Below the pieces are notes generated by a model that worked only from the letters and a program-made list of their open reading frames with translations, had not been told where the DNA came from and did no database searches. A stretch of DNA of 64,000 nucleotides. Source: Shigella phage B2. A program made the translations under genes and the position numbers. Position 1 is the first letter of the stretch; every line of letters begins with the position of its first letter. Positions 8,712 to 18,967 of the stretch are shown here, piece by piece. The DNA lies in sequence record OM858838; one strand, written 5' to 3'.

Positions 8712-10347
8712 ACAGAACCAAAGATATCCAATAGCAATTCTCATCAAACCACAGCAACTAAAGAAGCGTGAGTTACAGGAAGCGTATATCGACCCTACTG
8801 GAATCAAGCCAAAGCAATTCATTGCATTTGACCTTGAGTACAATGGTAAGAAAGCTCCTGTATCTATGCAGAAAGACTATCTTAAAGACCTGTTACCAGA
8901 GCTATGCAACTTAAGAACAGAGTATGTTCTATGTTGCGATAGTGCTTACTTCAAGACTCTAACCAAGCAAACCAAAGCAGAACCTCATTATGGTTATGTA
9001 TTGCCTTGTGCTATTGCTGGTTTCGAGCACTTGAATATTATCTTTTGTCCTAACTATGCTCAGATTTTCTATGACCCATCAGTTCAGGATAAAGTCGATT
9101 TAGCACTTAAAGCATTGGTAGATAAAGTGAATGGGCAATACCAAGAGATTGGTAAGGATATTATTCATTCTGCTTATTACCCTTCAACAGTTGAAGACAT
9201 TGAAGCTTGGCTTGAATCTCTTCATCAATATCCAGTATTGGCGTCAGATATTGAGGCATTTAGCCTCAAATTCTATACAGCAGGTGTAGGTACTATTGGT
9301 TTTGCATGGGACCAACACAATGGAGGAGCATTCGCTGTTGATTACACGAATGAACCAGACAAGGCTAATAGGATAAGGCAGGCTCTTAAGAAGTTCTTTG
9401 AAACTTATAAAGGCAAACTGATTTGGCATAACGCTAGTTATGACTTAACAGTGCTTATCCATCAGCTTTGGATGAAAGGTCTAATAGACCAGAAAGGACT
9501 GCTTAAGGGGTTGCATATTATGTGTCGTGATTTTCACGATACTAAGATTGTAACTTATCTGGCTACAAACTCTTGTGCAGGTAATGAATTGGGACTGAAA
9601 GCTCAGGCTCATGAATTTGCTGGCAACTATGCACAAGAAGATATTAATGACATTACTAAGATTCCTCTTCCAGAGTTACTGGAATACAACTTAGTTGACT
9701 GTTTAAGCACTTGGTATGTTGCAGACAAACATGCAGATACTATGGTGCTGGATGAACAGTGGGAAATCTATAATGACCTAATGTTACCTTCGCTGAAGAA
9801 TATTATTCAGATGCAATTAACTGGTATGCCTATTGATATGGCAGAAGTTAAGAAGGTTAAAATAGAGATGACTAAAGAGCGTGATGGATATCTCAATGCT
9901 ATCCGTTCATTTGCTGTAGTAGATTTACTAGTTCATAACTTGCGTGAACAACATGTAGCTACTCGTAATGCTGCCCTTAAAACCAAGCAAATTACAATGT
10001 CTGATGATGAGACATTAAAAATAGAGTTTAATCCAAACTCTAACCCTCAGATGCAAGAACTCTTGTATGAGATTATGGGATTACCTGTAATCGATTATAC
10101 CGAATCTAAACAACCTGCTACTGGAGCAGATACTTTAGATAAGTTAATTAACCATACAACAGATGACCGTCAGAAAAAGATACTCGAATGCCTTATTAAG
10201 TATTCTAAGGTAGAGAAGATTTTATCTGCATTCATCCCTGCATTTGAAGAAGCACCTTTAGCCGAAGATGGTAACTACTATCTGTTCGGTAGCTATAACT
10301 TAGGTGGTACTGTATCCGGTCGTTTGAGTTCATCAAAGCCTAAATAA
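8692..10347 (+). CDS. DNA polymerase I family, N-terminal part (3'-5' exonuclease and palm start), ends inside the conserved GRLSS..PN.QNIP motif
   Basis: exonuclease-like DIEAFSLKFY region; C-terminus …TVSGRLSSSKPK matches the first half of the Pol I motif …TGRLSS.DPNLQNIP. Confidence 0.85.
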   Translation: MRHIIFEQNQRYPIAILIKPQQLKKRELQEAYIDPTGIKPKQFIAFDLEYNGKKAPVSMQKDYLKDLLPELCNLRTEYVLCCDSAYFKTLTKQTKAEPHYGYVLPCAIAGFEHLNIIFCPNYAQIFYDPSVQDKVDLALKALVDKVNGQYQEIGKDIIHSAYYPSTVEDIEAWLESLHQYPVLASDIEAFSLKFYTAGVGTIGFAWDQHNGGAFAVDYTNEPDKANRIRQALKKFFETYKGKLIWHNASYDLTVLIHQLWMKGLIDQKGLLKGLHIMCRDFHDTKIVTYLATNSCAGNELGLKAQAHEFAGNYAQEDINDITKIPLPELLEYNLVDCLSTWYVADKHADTMVLDEQWEIYNDLMLPSLKNIIQMQLTGMPIDMAEVKKVKIEMTKERDGYLNAIRSFAVVDLLVHNLREQHVATRNAALKTKQITMSDDETLKIEFNPNSNPQMQELLYEIMGLPVIDYTESKQPATGADTLDKLINHTTDDRQKKILECLIKYSKVEKILSAFIPAFEEAPLAEDGNYYLFGSYNLGGTVSGRLSSSKPK

Positions 10348-11053
10348 ATTGGGCTGTTTAAACTTCGTGAATTCGGGGAAAATCCAGAACGGACAATCCC
10401 GAGCCAAGTCAACCAATCATGTCTTAAGAGGCAGAATGGACACTAAAAAATTAGAATATTTATATGAAAACACTTCTTTATCTCAGAAAGAGATTGCTAA
10501 GTGTTTAGGATTAAAATCTGCTAGGGCTGTTCAAAAATATTGTTACAGACACTATACAAGTGCCTATCGTAAAGAAAGGCATTCCAAGCTATTAGCTAAA
10601 GCTAAACTAGGAAGTTTAAACCCTATGTTTGGTAAATCTGGTTTATACCACCCCAGATATCTAGGAGTTGTCTCTGACAACAAAGGGTATTGGATGGTAT
10701 TAAAACCAGAGTGGTATACAGGGCGTAAAAGCAGTAAGCATGTATTTTTACATTCTGTAGTTGTATGTGAACATCTAGGATGGACAGAAATACCGAAAGG
10801 GTATGTAGTTCATCATTGTGATTTTGACCCATCAAATAATGATTTTGATAATTTAGTGGTGCTTACTGTAGCAGAACATATGAGCTTACATGCAGCATTG
10901 AAAGGTGTAACGACTATCTCGAAAGAGAGTACACTCAAGTGGGTGGAAGCGCGAAGGGCTGGTAACAGCCATGATATAGTCTGACCTGTATAGGAATATA
11001 CAGCAGCACTGAATAGTGCGAGTACAGCTTAACGAACTGTACTGAACGTAGTG
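10342..11053 (+). mobile_element. candidate group I intron carrying an HNH homing endonuclease ORF, inserted in the DNA polymerase gene
   Basis: insertion splits a single ultra-conserved motif; proposed 5' exon ends in T (10341), insertion ends in G (11053); joining 10341 to 11054 is in frame and restores SKPNMQQIP. Confidence 0.5.
10436..10984 (+). CDS. HNH homing endonuclease
   Basis: VVHHCDFDPSNNDFDNLVVLTVAEHMSLH HNH motif; GAGG SD before ATG 10436 (track ORF starts further upstream at non-ATG 10349). Confidence 0.8.
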   Translation: MDTKKLEYLYENTSLSQKEIAKCLGLKSARAVQKYCYRHYTSAYRKERHSKLLAKAKLGSLNPMFGKSGLYHPRYLGVVSDNKGYWMVLKPEWYTGRKSSKHVFLHSVVVCEHLGWTEIPKGYVVHHCDFDPSNNDFDNLVVLTVAEHMSLHAALKGVTTISKESTLKWVEARRAGNSHDIV

Positions 11054-11995
11054 AATATGCAACAAATCCCATCCTCTAAGAGTCCTTATGCCAAGCCTAT
11101 TAAGCGATGCTTTAAAGCTGGTAAAGGTTGGCTTCTTATTGGGTTAGACTTTGCATCTCTAGAGGACCGTATTTCAGCTCTGACAACCAAAGACCCCAAT
11201 AAACTTAAAGTTTATACTGATGGGTATGATGGTCATTCTCTCAGAGCATTCGCTTACTTTGGCGACCAAATGCCTGATATTCAGAATACAGTGGATAGTA
11301 TTAATAGTATTCAGGACTTATATAAGGACTTTAGACAAGAATCTAAAGCTCCTACTTTTGCACTTACCTATCAAGGTACTTATCACACATTGATGGCTAA
11401 CTGTGGCTTCCCAGAAGACAAAGCGAAAATGGTTGAAAAGAGGTATCACGAACTCTATTTCGTCTCTGACCAATGGGTAGACGCCAAGTTAGCACAAGCC
11501 AGCAAAGATGGTTATATCACTGCTGCATTCGGATTAAGAATCCGTACTCCATTACTCAAAAATGTTGTCTGGGGAATTAAACAAACACCATATGAAGCCA
11601 AAGCAGAAGGCAGAACTGCTGGTAATGCTTTAGGTCAGTCTTGGTGCTTGTTAAATAACCGAGCAGCAAATGAGTTTATGGAACGTGTATGGAATTCTCC
11701 TTATGCAGATGTAATCAAACCATGCGCTCAAATTCATGATGCTCAGTATTATCTGGTTCCAGATGATATTGATATTGTTCATTGGGTTAATGAGAACTTA
11801 GTTGAGTGTGTTCAATGGCAAGACCATCCCGATATCTATCACGAGGAAGTGAAGTTAGGAGGAGATTTAAGTGTCTTTTACCCATCATGGGCTAATGATA
11901 TCTCCTTAAAGAATGGAGCTTCTAGAGAAGAAATCTTAGATACATGTGAAGTTGGATTGGATAAGTATCTTCACCCGGAGAAATATAAAAAATGA
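11051..11995 (+). CDS. DNA polymerase I family, C-terminal part (fingers/palm with motifs A and C)
   Basis: begins NMQQIP (second half of the split motif), DFASLEDR motif-A-like, QIHDAQYY motif-C-like. Confidence 0.85.
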   Translation: MNMQQIPSSKSPYAKPIKRCFKAGKGWLLIGLDFASLEDRISALTTKDPNKLKVYTDGYDGHSLRAFAYFGDQMPDIQNTVDSINSIQDLYKDFRQESKAPTFALTYQGTYHTLMANCGFPEDKAKMVEKRYHELYFVSDQWVDAKLAQASKDGYITAAFGLRIRTPLLKNVVWGIKQTPYEAKAEGRTAGNALGQSWCLLNNRAANEFMERVWNSPYADVIKPCAQIHDAQYYLVPDDIDIVHWVNENLVECVQWQDHPDIYHEEVKLGGDLSVFYPSWANDISLKNGASREEILDTCEVGLDKYLHPEKYKK

Positions 11996-12369
11996 GTATC
12001 TTACAGTCCCCTATTGATAATGCTCCTGCAATCTTACAGGAAGCACATCGTTGTATTGCTGACAGAGCACATGAACGTGACCAAGAATCTGAACGTTCAA
12101 TGGAACGCACTGTAGCAGCCTTCAATGCAATGTATAAGCTCAACCTGACAGAAGAACAGGGTTGGATGTTTATGGTCTTCCTGAAAGCTGCAAGAGCTTC
12201 AGGAGGCTCATTCAAGCTTGATGACTATGTTGATGGCTCTGCTTACTTTGCGTTAGCTGGTGAAGCTGCTATGCCACATCCTCAATTAGAACTGTCACTT
12301 TCTGAACCAGAAATGACTAGAAAACATGCAGAACATTTCGGAATTCCATTAGGAAAGGAACAAATCTAA
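11992..12369 (+). CDS. hypothetical protein
   Basis: ORF with ATGA overlap to polymerase stop. Confidence 0.5.
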   Translation: MSILQSPIDNAPAILQEAHRCIADRAHERDQESERSMERTVAAFNAMYKLNLTEEQGWMFMVFLKAARASGGSFKLDDYVDGSAYFALAGEAAMPHPQLELSLSEPEMTRKHAEHFGIPLGKEQI

Positions 12370-13133
12370 TGCAAGTTAAGTATGTAGACCATATGGGTAA
12401 TGACCAACGTATTGTTGATGTTGCTCGTCAGTCATTTGCTAAGACAGATGCCACTGTACGTACTGAAGCTCAGAACCAAGGATTGATTCGTTATTTAGCT
12501 GAAGGTATTTCTTCTAAAGAAAGAGATTCAATTATCTTATCTATCCTGAAAGGTGTAAGTAATGAATTCTATTTTGATACTGAAGAAGATGCCGAGAAAG
12601 CTGCTGAAGAATTGTATAGAGATATTCGTCACCAAGCAGTGCATTGGACTCCATTTGCTCATACTGCAATAACCCTTCAGATGCAGGCTCCTATTCCTAT
12701 TCGTACCCAAGCTTTTAAACATAAGCAGGGTTTAGTAGAGAATGAGGAATCTCGTCGATATATCAGTACAACGCCTGAAATATTTGTACCTGAATTTCGT
12801 TTAAGACCTGAAGGTTCAATCAAGCAAGGTAGTGCTGGTATTCATCCTGCTAATGATGATTGGAAACATACATACATTCAGATGACACAGGATGCTGTGT
12901 TTACTTATGAACGTATGATTGCAGAAGGTATTGCTCCTGAACAAGCCAGATTCATCTTACCTCAAGGTGTAGAAGTTAACTGGACTTGGACTGGCAACTT
13001 ATTAGCTTTTGCTAACTTCTATAACAAAAGAAGTGATGCCCATGCTCAACAAGAAATCCAAGATTTAGCTGAGATGGTTCGTGCAATCATTGAACCACTA
13101 TTTCCAATATCTTGGAAAGCTCTTACTCAATAA
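12369..13133 (+). CDS. hypothetical protein
   Basis: ORF, coupled start. Confidence 0.5.
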   Translation: MQVKYVDHMGNDQRIVDVARQSFAKTDATVRTEAQNQGLIRYLAEGISSKERDSIILSILKGVSNEFYFDTEEDAEKAAEELYRDIRHQAVHWTPFAHTAITLQMQAPIPIRTQAFKHKQGLVENEESRRYISTTPEIFVPEFRLRPEGSIKQGSAGIHPANDDWKHTYIQMTQDAVFTYERMIAEGIAPEQARFILPQGVEVNWTWTGNLLAFANFYNKRSDAHAQQEIQDLAEMVRAIIEPLFPISWKALTQ

Positions 13134-13143
13134 GGATTAACTT

Positions 13144-13773
13144 ATGTCTGTACGTTTAACTAATGCTGCTCGTGATGAAATCGTAAAAGCTGCTGTAAAT
13201 AAATCTGGTTTTCCTAAACGTATCGAAGAAGCACGTACTGCTTTAGAAGATATTAAAATGGAATGCTGGATTGCAGCATTTGGTGGATTAAAAGCTTATC
13301 GTCGTTTATGTGACCGCTTTGAAACCATTGAAGAAAAGATTAGTGAACTTCGCAAATCAGGTGTGAATGTACCAAGTCTTGGTTCAGGGCATACTTGGAG
13401 CAATTCCAAACTGAACCTCGCAGGTATGCAAGTTCCATCTCCCGATATGAATTGGGTATCGGATAAGTTTAAAGAGTTACGTGTCATTTATATGTATGAC
13501 AGTAAACCTACTTTAACTGCGGATAACCCATTGGTTCAGAAATTCCTTGATGCTGAAAAAGCATTAGAAGATTTGAAATCATCTCGTCAACAAATCAAAG
13601 ACAACGTTCAAGCAGTAGTTTACTCAGTATCTACTACCAAACGTTTGATTGAAGTATGGCCTGAATCTGCTGAACTGATTCCAAGAGAAGTTGAAGTAGT
13701 TCGTGCAGGTTTACCTGCTATTAACTTTGAAAGTCTGAACGCATCAATTGGTATTCCATCCGAGAAGAAATAA
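13144..13773 (+). CDS. hypothetical protein
   Basis: ORF with AAGGA SD. Confidence 0.5.
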   Translation: MSVRLTNAARDEIVKAAVNKSGFPKRIEEARTALEDIKMECWIAAFGGLKAYRRLCDRFETIEEKISELRKSGVNVPSLGSGHTWSNSKLNLAGMQVPSPDMNWVSDKFKELRVIYMYDSKPTLTADNPLVQKFLDAEKALEDLKSSRQQIKDNVQAVVYSVSTTKRLIEVWPESAELIPREVEVVRAGLPAINFESLNASIGIPSEKK

Positions 13774-13775
13774 TT

Positions 13776-14762
13776 ATGAAGCTAACCAATAATACTAACA
13801 TCGCTTTATCGATGGCTGTCTGGTTAGCGGCTGATGATTATGACTACGTTGAGAAACCAAACTATATCTCTGCCACCAGCTTACTTAAGAGCGTTCGTCA
13901 ATTAGTCTTGATGAAGCGTCTCACAGGCTCTCTGGAGGCTTCTGCTGATGTATCTGGACGAATCTCTAACCGTATGGGTTCAGCCTTCCACGATGCGATT
14001 GAGAGAGCTTGGAAGGAGAAATACAAACAGTCCTTAACTGACCTTGGTTATCCAAAAAGAGTCATTGAAGCTGTGCGTATTAATCCAACAGAGGAAGAAC
14101 TCAATGATGATGTGATTCCTGTCTGGTTAGAACAGAGAGTTGAGAAGGATTTCCGAGGATGGACTATCGGAGGTAAGTTCGACATGGTTATGGAGTACAG
14201 ACTGAGAGATGTTAAATCTACCAGTGTGTTCACATACCAGAACAAATCCAATGATGAAAAGTTTCGTATGCAGGGAAGTATTTACCGTTGGCTTAACCCA
14301 GAGAAAATCAAGCATGACCACATGTACATTGATTATCTCTTCGTAGATTGGTCTGCCAATCAAGCCAAAGGTAATAAAGATTACCCTCAACAGAAGATTT
14401 TAGAATATCCATTGCAGTTGAAATCTGTGCATGAAACGGAGCAGTATGTTGCCTCCAAGCTAACTGCTTTGGAAAGGTACATGGATACCCCTGAACCAGA
14501 ACTTCCTGAGTGTACAGAAGAAGACTTATGGCGCTCTGACCCTGTCTATAAGTATTACAAAAACCCTGCCTCTACAGGCCGTAGTACAAAGAACTTTGAT
14601 AACTTACACGATGCTAATCTGAGGTTTGCTGAAGATGGTGCAGTAGGTATTGTTGTCACTGTTCCGGGTGAAGTTAAAGCGTGTAAATACTGTCCAGTAT
14701 TTGCTATCTGTACTCAGAAAGATAAGTATTTGGCTTCAGGGGAACTTAACGTTTCAGATTGA
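13776..14762 (+). CDS. putative PD-(D/E)xK nuclease with C-terminal Cx(n)CxxCx5C iron-sulfur cluster (Cas4/RecB-nuclease-like)
   Basis: C-terminal Cys cluster PEC…ACKYCPVFAIC; central acidic/lysine motifs; location in replication module. Confidence 0.5.
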   Translation: MKLTNNTNIALSMAVWLAADDYDYVEKPNYISATSLLKSVRQLVLMKRLTGSLEASADVSGRISNRMGSAFHDAIERAWKEKYKQSLTDLGYPKRVIEAVRINPTEEELNDDVIPVWLEQRVEKDFRGWTIGGKFDMVMEYRLRDVKSTSVFTYQNKSNDEKFRMQGSIYRWLNPEKIKHDHMYIDYLFVDWSANQAKGNKDYPQQKILEYPLQLKSVHETEQYVASKLTALERYMDTPEPELPECTEEDLWRSDPVYKYYKNPASTGRSTKNFDNLHDANLRFAEDGAVGIVVTVPGEVKACKYCPVFAICTQKDKYLASGELNVSD

Positions 14763-14770
14763 GGAACCCA

Positions 14771-16933
14771 ATGTTTGACTTATCATCTGCCCAATATCAT
14801 CCAATCTCTGAACAGATTGTAGATGTGTTAACAAAGAAAACTCTAAACAGTAACCGATTGTTCTTCAGAGTTCAGGTTAGTTACTTTTTAGCTAAGATGG
14901 CATCCAGTATGAGATGTACTCTGGATACCTTAGATAGAGGAAAGATTCCTGTTAATGTATATGCCTTGAACTTAGCTCCGTCAGGCTCAGGCAAAGGGCA
15001 TTCCACTAACATCATTGAAGGCCAGTTCTTGAACCAGTTTAAGAACACATTCCTTCAAGATACTTTCCCCTATATAGCTCAACAGAATCTTGTTGATATA
15101 GCTGCTAAAAGAGCCAATAAAAATGGAACAGACCCTGCTGATGAGTTAGTGAAACTGGAGAAGGAATTTGCTTCTACAGGTGCATTAGCATTCTCATTTG
15201 ATAGTGGTACTGTGCCTGCTCTCAAGCAGTTACGTCACAAGCTGTTACTGGCTAATGCAGGTGCTGCATCCTTCGAGTGTGATGAGTTAGGTAAGAACCT
15301 TATCGCTAACATGGACTTGTTAACAGCTTTTTTAGAGTTGTATGACCAAGGACTTATCAAACAGAAGTTAACCAAGAATACAGCAGACTCCCAACGTGCT
15401 GAGGAATTGGAGGGTAAAACTCCAACCAATATGCTCCTGTTTGGTACTCCAAGTAGTTTGCTGAATGGCGGTAAGGAAGAAGACGAATTCTATGCATTAC
15501 TGGAAACAGGATATGCTAGACGTTGTTTGTTTGGTTATTCTCGTAAAGAGGATTTCCAACAAGAAATGTCTCCAGAACAAGTCTTCGATATGCTGACTGA
15601 CTCTACATCCAACTCAACCATTGCTCAGTTATCCCAGCACTTTGGTATGTTGGCTGATGCCATAAAGTACAATCAGCAAATCATGGTTAACAGGGATGTG
15701 AGTATCAAACTCATTGCCTACAAACTCCATTGTGAACAGATAGCTGACAAGCTGCCTGACCATGAGGAGATTCGTAAAGCTGAATTACGTCATAGATATT
15801 TCAAAGCACTGAAGCTTGCAGGTGTGTATGCATTTGTGGATGAAACTCCTGAAGTAACTGAAGCCCAGCTTTTATCTGCAATCAAACTCGTAGAAGAGTC
15901 TGGTGAAGCATTCAATAGAATTCTCAGCCGTGAGAAGAACTATGTGAAGTTAGCCAATTATATTGCAGAAGTAGGTAAGGAAGTTACCCACGTAGATTTG
16001 GTAGAGGATTTACCATTCTATAAAGGTAGCAATGCGCAGAAGCAAGAGCTAATGAACTTAGCTATCGCATATGGCTACAAGCACCACATCATCATCAAGA
16101 AAACATTTGTTGATGGCATTGAGTTCTTTAAGGGTGAGGCTCTTAAGCCAACAGACTTAAGTAAACTCATTGCTTCTTATAGTGGGCATGTAGCTTATAA
16201 CTATCTCTCTGAACCAATCTCCTTTAGTAATCTTCAGGCTTTATGCCAGATGGATGATATGCATTGGATTAATCATGCATTGATTAAAGGTGCTGATGGA
16301 GATGGGCATAGAGATGGTTCAAACATTCTGCCGGGCTTTAACGTTATCGTCATCGATGTAGATGAAGGAACATCATTAGATGAAGTTAGAGTATTGATGA
16401 AAGATTATACATATTTCATTCATACAACTAAACGTCATCAAACAGAAGGATATGGCGATAGATTCAGGCTTATCATGCCTATCAATTATCATCTTAAACT
16501 TGATGAAAATGAATTCAGAGAGTTTATGAATAACGTCTATGAATGGCTTCCATTTAAAGTCGATGAACAAACTAGTCAACGTTGTCGTAAGTGGGCAACA
16601 CATCAAGGAATCACATTCTCCAATGAAGGAGAGATTCTAGATGCTTTAGCTTTCATTCCGAAAACAAGTAAGAATGATGAGTTGAAGAAGACTATGGTTG
16701 ATTTAGGTAATTTAGATAATCTTGAACGTTGGTTTGCTCAGCGAATGGGTAACGGAAATCGCAACAATCAACTGCTGAAATTTGCTATGATGTTGGCAGA
16801 TACTGGATTGGATTATCAAGGAATCTTGGATAAGGTTCTTGGCTTCAATGCCAAACTGGATAGCGGACTTCCAGAGATTGAAATTCACAGTACTATCATG
16901 CGCAGCGTTAGCAAGAAACTTTCCGAGAAGTAA
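14771..16933 (+). CDS. putative primase-like replication protein with N-terminal P-loop domain
   Basis: P-loop APSGSGKGHS; C-terminal IDVDEG and downstream His motifs resembling archaeo-eukaryotic primase motifs; GAGG SD before ATG 14771. Confidence 0.5.
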   Translation: MFDLSSAQYHPISEQIVDVLTKKTLNSNRLFFRVQVSYFLAKMASSMRCTLDTLDRGKIPVNVYALNLAPSGSGKGHSTNIIEGQFLNQFKNTFLQDTFPYIAQQNLVDIAAKRANKNGTDPADELVKLEKEFASTGALAFSFDSGTVPALKQLRHKLLLANAGAASFECDELGKNLIANMDLLTAFLELYDQGLIKQKLTKNTADSQRAEELEGKTPTNMLLFGTPSSLLNGGKEEDEFYALLETGYARRCLFGYSRKEDFQQEMSPEQVFDMLTDSTSNSTIAQLSQHFGMLADAIKYNQQIMVNRDVSIKLIAYKLHCEQIADKLPDHEEIRKAELRHRYFKALKLAGVYAFVDETPEVTEAQLLSAIKLVEESGEAFNRILSREKNYVKLANYIAEVGKEVTHVDLVEDLPFYKGSNAQKQELMNLAIAYGYKHHIIIKKTFVDGIEFFKGEALKPTDLSKLIASYSGHVAYNYLSEPISFSNLQALCQMDDMHWINHALIKGADGDGHRDGSNILPGFNVIVIDVDEGTSLDEVRVLMKDYTYFIHTTKRHQTEGYGDRFRLIMPINYHLKLDENEFREFMNNVYEWLPFKVDEQTSQRCRKWATHQGITFSNEGEILDALAFIPKTSKNDELKKTMVDLGNLDNLERWFAQRMGNGNRNNQLLKFAMMLADTGLDYQGILDKVLGFNAKLDSGLPEIEIHSTIMRSVSKKLSEK

Positions 16934-16952
16934 TCCCCAAGCAGGAGATAAA

Positions 16953-17681
16953 ATGTCAGAACCAATTAAAGACCTAGTCTTAATTGCAGGTGCATCATCA
17001 TCTGGTAAATCAGCTTCATTGATGAATCTGGAAGACCATCCGGGAGTGATGTATCTAAACTGTGAATCTGGTAAACGTCTGCCATTTCCAAACAAGTTTG
17101 ATAAGTATGTAATCACTGACCCACTACAAGTGTATGAAGCATTTGATGCTGCTGAGACTATGCCTCACATTCATACCATTGTAGTTGATTCAATTACATT
17201 CCTGATGGATATGTTTGAATCCCTTTATGTTATTGGTTCAGCCAATACCATGAAAGGTTGGGCTGATTACAATCAGTTCTTTAAGAATCTGATGCAGGTT
17301 AAGGTAGCCAAATCTACCAAACGAGTAATCTTTACTGCTCATACTCTGTCTCAGTTAAATGAGAATGAGATGATTGTAGAAACCAAAGTTCCAGTGAAAG
17401 GTGCACTGAAGAACCAAGGTATTGAAGCTTACTTTACCTGTATTGTTTATGCCAAGAAGATGCAGCTTAAGCATCTGAAGCCTTATGAGAATGACCTATT
17501 GGTTATTACTCCAGAGGAAGAAATCCTTGGCTATAAGCATGTCTTCCAAACTTGTATCACCAAAGATACTGTCCATGAACGTATTCGTTCTCCACGCTTT
17601 ATGTGGAAGATGAATGAAAGTTTCATCGATAACGATGTAACTAAAGTACTTGGTCGTATCAAAGAATTTTACGAAGAATAA
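16953..17681 (+). CDS. P-loop ATPase, possibly RecA/Sak4-like recombination protein
   Basis: Walker A GASSSGKS near N-terminus, VVDSITFL Walker-B-like; AGGAG SD before ATG 16953 (track ORF start 16839 overlaps upstream gene). Confidence 0.5.
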   Translation: MSEPIKDLVLIAGASSSGKSASLMNLEDHPGVMYLNCESGKRLPFPNKFDKYVITDPLQVYEAFDAAETMPHIHTIVVDSITFLMDMFESLYVIGSANTMKGWADYNQFFKNLMQVKVAKSTKRVIFTAHTLSQLNENEMIVETKVPVKGALKNQGIEAYFTCIVYAKKMQLKHLKPYENDLLVITPEEEILGYKHVFQTCITKDTVHERIRSPRFMWKMNESFIDNDVTKVLGRIKEFYEE

Positions 17682-17690
17682 GGAACAAAT

Positions 17691-18434
17691 ATGTCTCTGT
17701 TAAAAAATCTGGAAACTAAAGCTGGCATCGAAGGTGAAAAGGATATTCTGGGCGGTGATGGTGCTCTTGAATCAGGTCTGTATGACCTGACTATCAAAGT
17801 AGCATACGTCACTACCTCTAGTGGTGGTGCATTAGCTTTGAATACCGTATTTGACTATAACGGTAAAGAAGTACGTCAGCAGTTCTGGATGACTTCTGGT
17901 ACTGCCAAAGGTGGCAAGAACACCTATATCGATAAGAGAACTGGTAAAGAACAGTATCTCCCAGGATTCCTGACAGCTAATAGCTTGGCTCTCCTGACTG
18001 TTGGTAAGGAAATTAGCCAACTGGAGTTGGAAGAGAAAACCATCAAACTGTATGACTTTGATGCCAAAGGTGAAGTACCTACTAAAGTACAGGTATTCAC
18101 TGAACTGACTGGTCAAACAATCACTGCTGGTGTACAGAAACAGACTGTTGATAAGAACATTGATTCTGGTCAGGTAGATGGGCAAGGTCAGAAAATCTAT
18201 GTCCCATCTGGGGAGACTCGTGATATTAACGAAGTTGTTAAGTTCTTCCGTGCAGATGATGGTCTGACTGTTCCTGAAATTGAAGCTCAGGTAACTGAAG
18301 CTAAATTTAAAAATGATTGGGATGCCAAGTATACTGGTAAAACCATCAATAAAGCCAAAGGCTCTAAAGATGGTGTAACAGCAGGTGCTCCATCAGCAGG
18401 AGCTAAACCTACTAAATCCCTGTTTGCTAAATAA
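17691..18434 (+). CDS. abundant protein, candidate single-stranded DNA-binding protein
   Basis: strongly optimised codon usage, position at end of replication module as for the SSB of N4-like phages; C-terminal PTKSLFAK tail. Confidence 0.55.
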   Translation: MSLLKNLETKAGIEGEKDILGGDGALESGLYDLTIKVAYVTTSSGGALALNTVFDYNGKEVRQQFWMTSGTAKGGKNTYIDKRTGKEQYLPGFLTANSLALLTVGKEISQLELEEKTIKLYDFDAKGEVPTKVQVFTELTGQTITAGVQKQTVDKNIDSGQVDGQGQKIYVPSGETRDINEVVKFFRADDGLTVPEIEAQVTEAKFKNDWDAKYTGKTINKAKGSKDGVTAGAPSAGAKPTKSLFAK

Positions 18435-18442
18435 GGATTTGT

Positions 18443-18688
18443 ATGGATTCTACAATTAGTTCAAATGACCATTTGCCTGTAATAATCATTAAGATTAAAG
18501 AGATTAAAACTTTCAAAGGTACATTTACAATTATTCCTGAGAATGAAGAACAAACTGAGTTCGAAGTTCGTCCAGAATATATTGCTAAATTTGCACCGAA
18601 GGTTGGAGGCTACTATATAGTCTATGCAGGAGGGTACGAATCTTACTCAGAAGAAGACCCTACTCCACCTAAAGTTGAAATCCAATAA
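18443..18688 (+). CDS. hypothetical protein
   Basis: ORF with AAGGA SD. Confidence 0.5.
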   Translation: MDSTISSNDHLPVIIIKIKEIKTFKGTFTIIPENEEQTEFEVRPEYIAKFAPKVGGYYIVYAGGYESYSEEDPTPPKVEIQ

Positions 18689-18695
18689 AAAATAA

Positions 18696-18717
18696 GCCCT
18701 CATTAGAGGGCTTTTTT
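18696..18717 (+). terminator. intrinsic terminator
   Basis: stem gccctc/gagggc with T6 run directly after stop. Confidence 0.6.
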
Positions 18718-18731
18718 AATAGGTAAATGGT

Positions 18732-18965
18732 ATGACAATCAAAGTAAGGATGTTCCAAAATGTTTCTGGTACAGCTTACCAGAAAGTGTCATATAAAATC
18801 ATCCAAGGGATTGTAGAAAATCCACATGACAAAGAGATTGATGTTCTTTTAACTGGATGGGAACATGCTTGTTCTAAATCATTAATGAGAACACAAATCT
18901 TACAGCAACTAGAATGGTTTAAGTCTCAGGGATACACTGTCATTTTTAATGACAAGAGACTATAA
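18732..18965 (+). CDS. hypothetical protein
   Basis: ORF after terminator, own SD. Confidence 0.5.
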   Translation: MTIKVRMFQNVSGTAYQKVSYKIIQGIVENPHDKEIDVLLTGWEHACSKSLMRTQILQQLEWFKSQGYTVIFNDKRL

Positions 18966-18967
18966 CC

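Noticed and set aside
16839-16952. Upstream start of the P-loop ATPase ORF at 16839
   Set aside because: Would overlap the preceding gene by about 95 nt; ATG at 16953 has an AGGAG SD.
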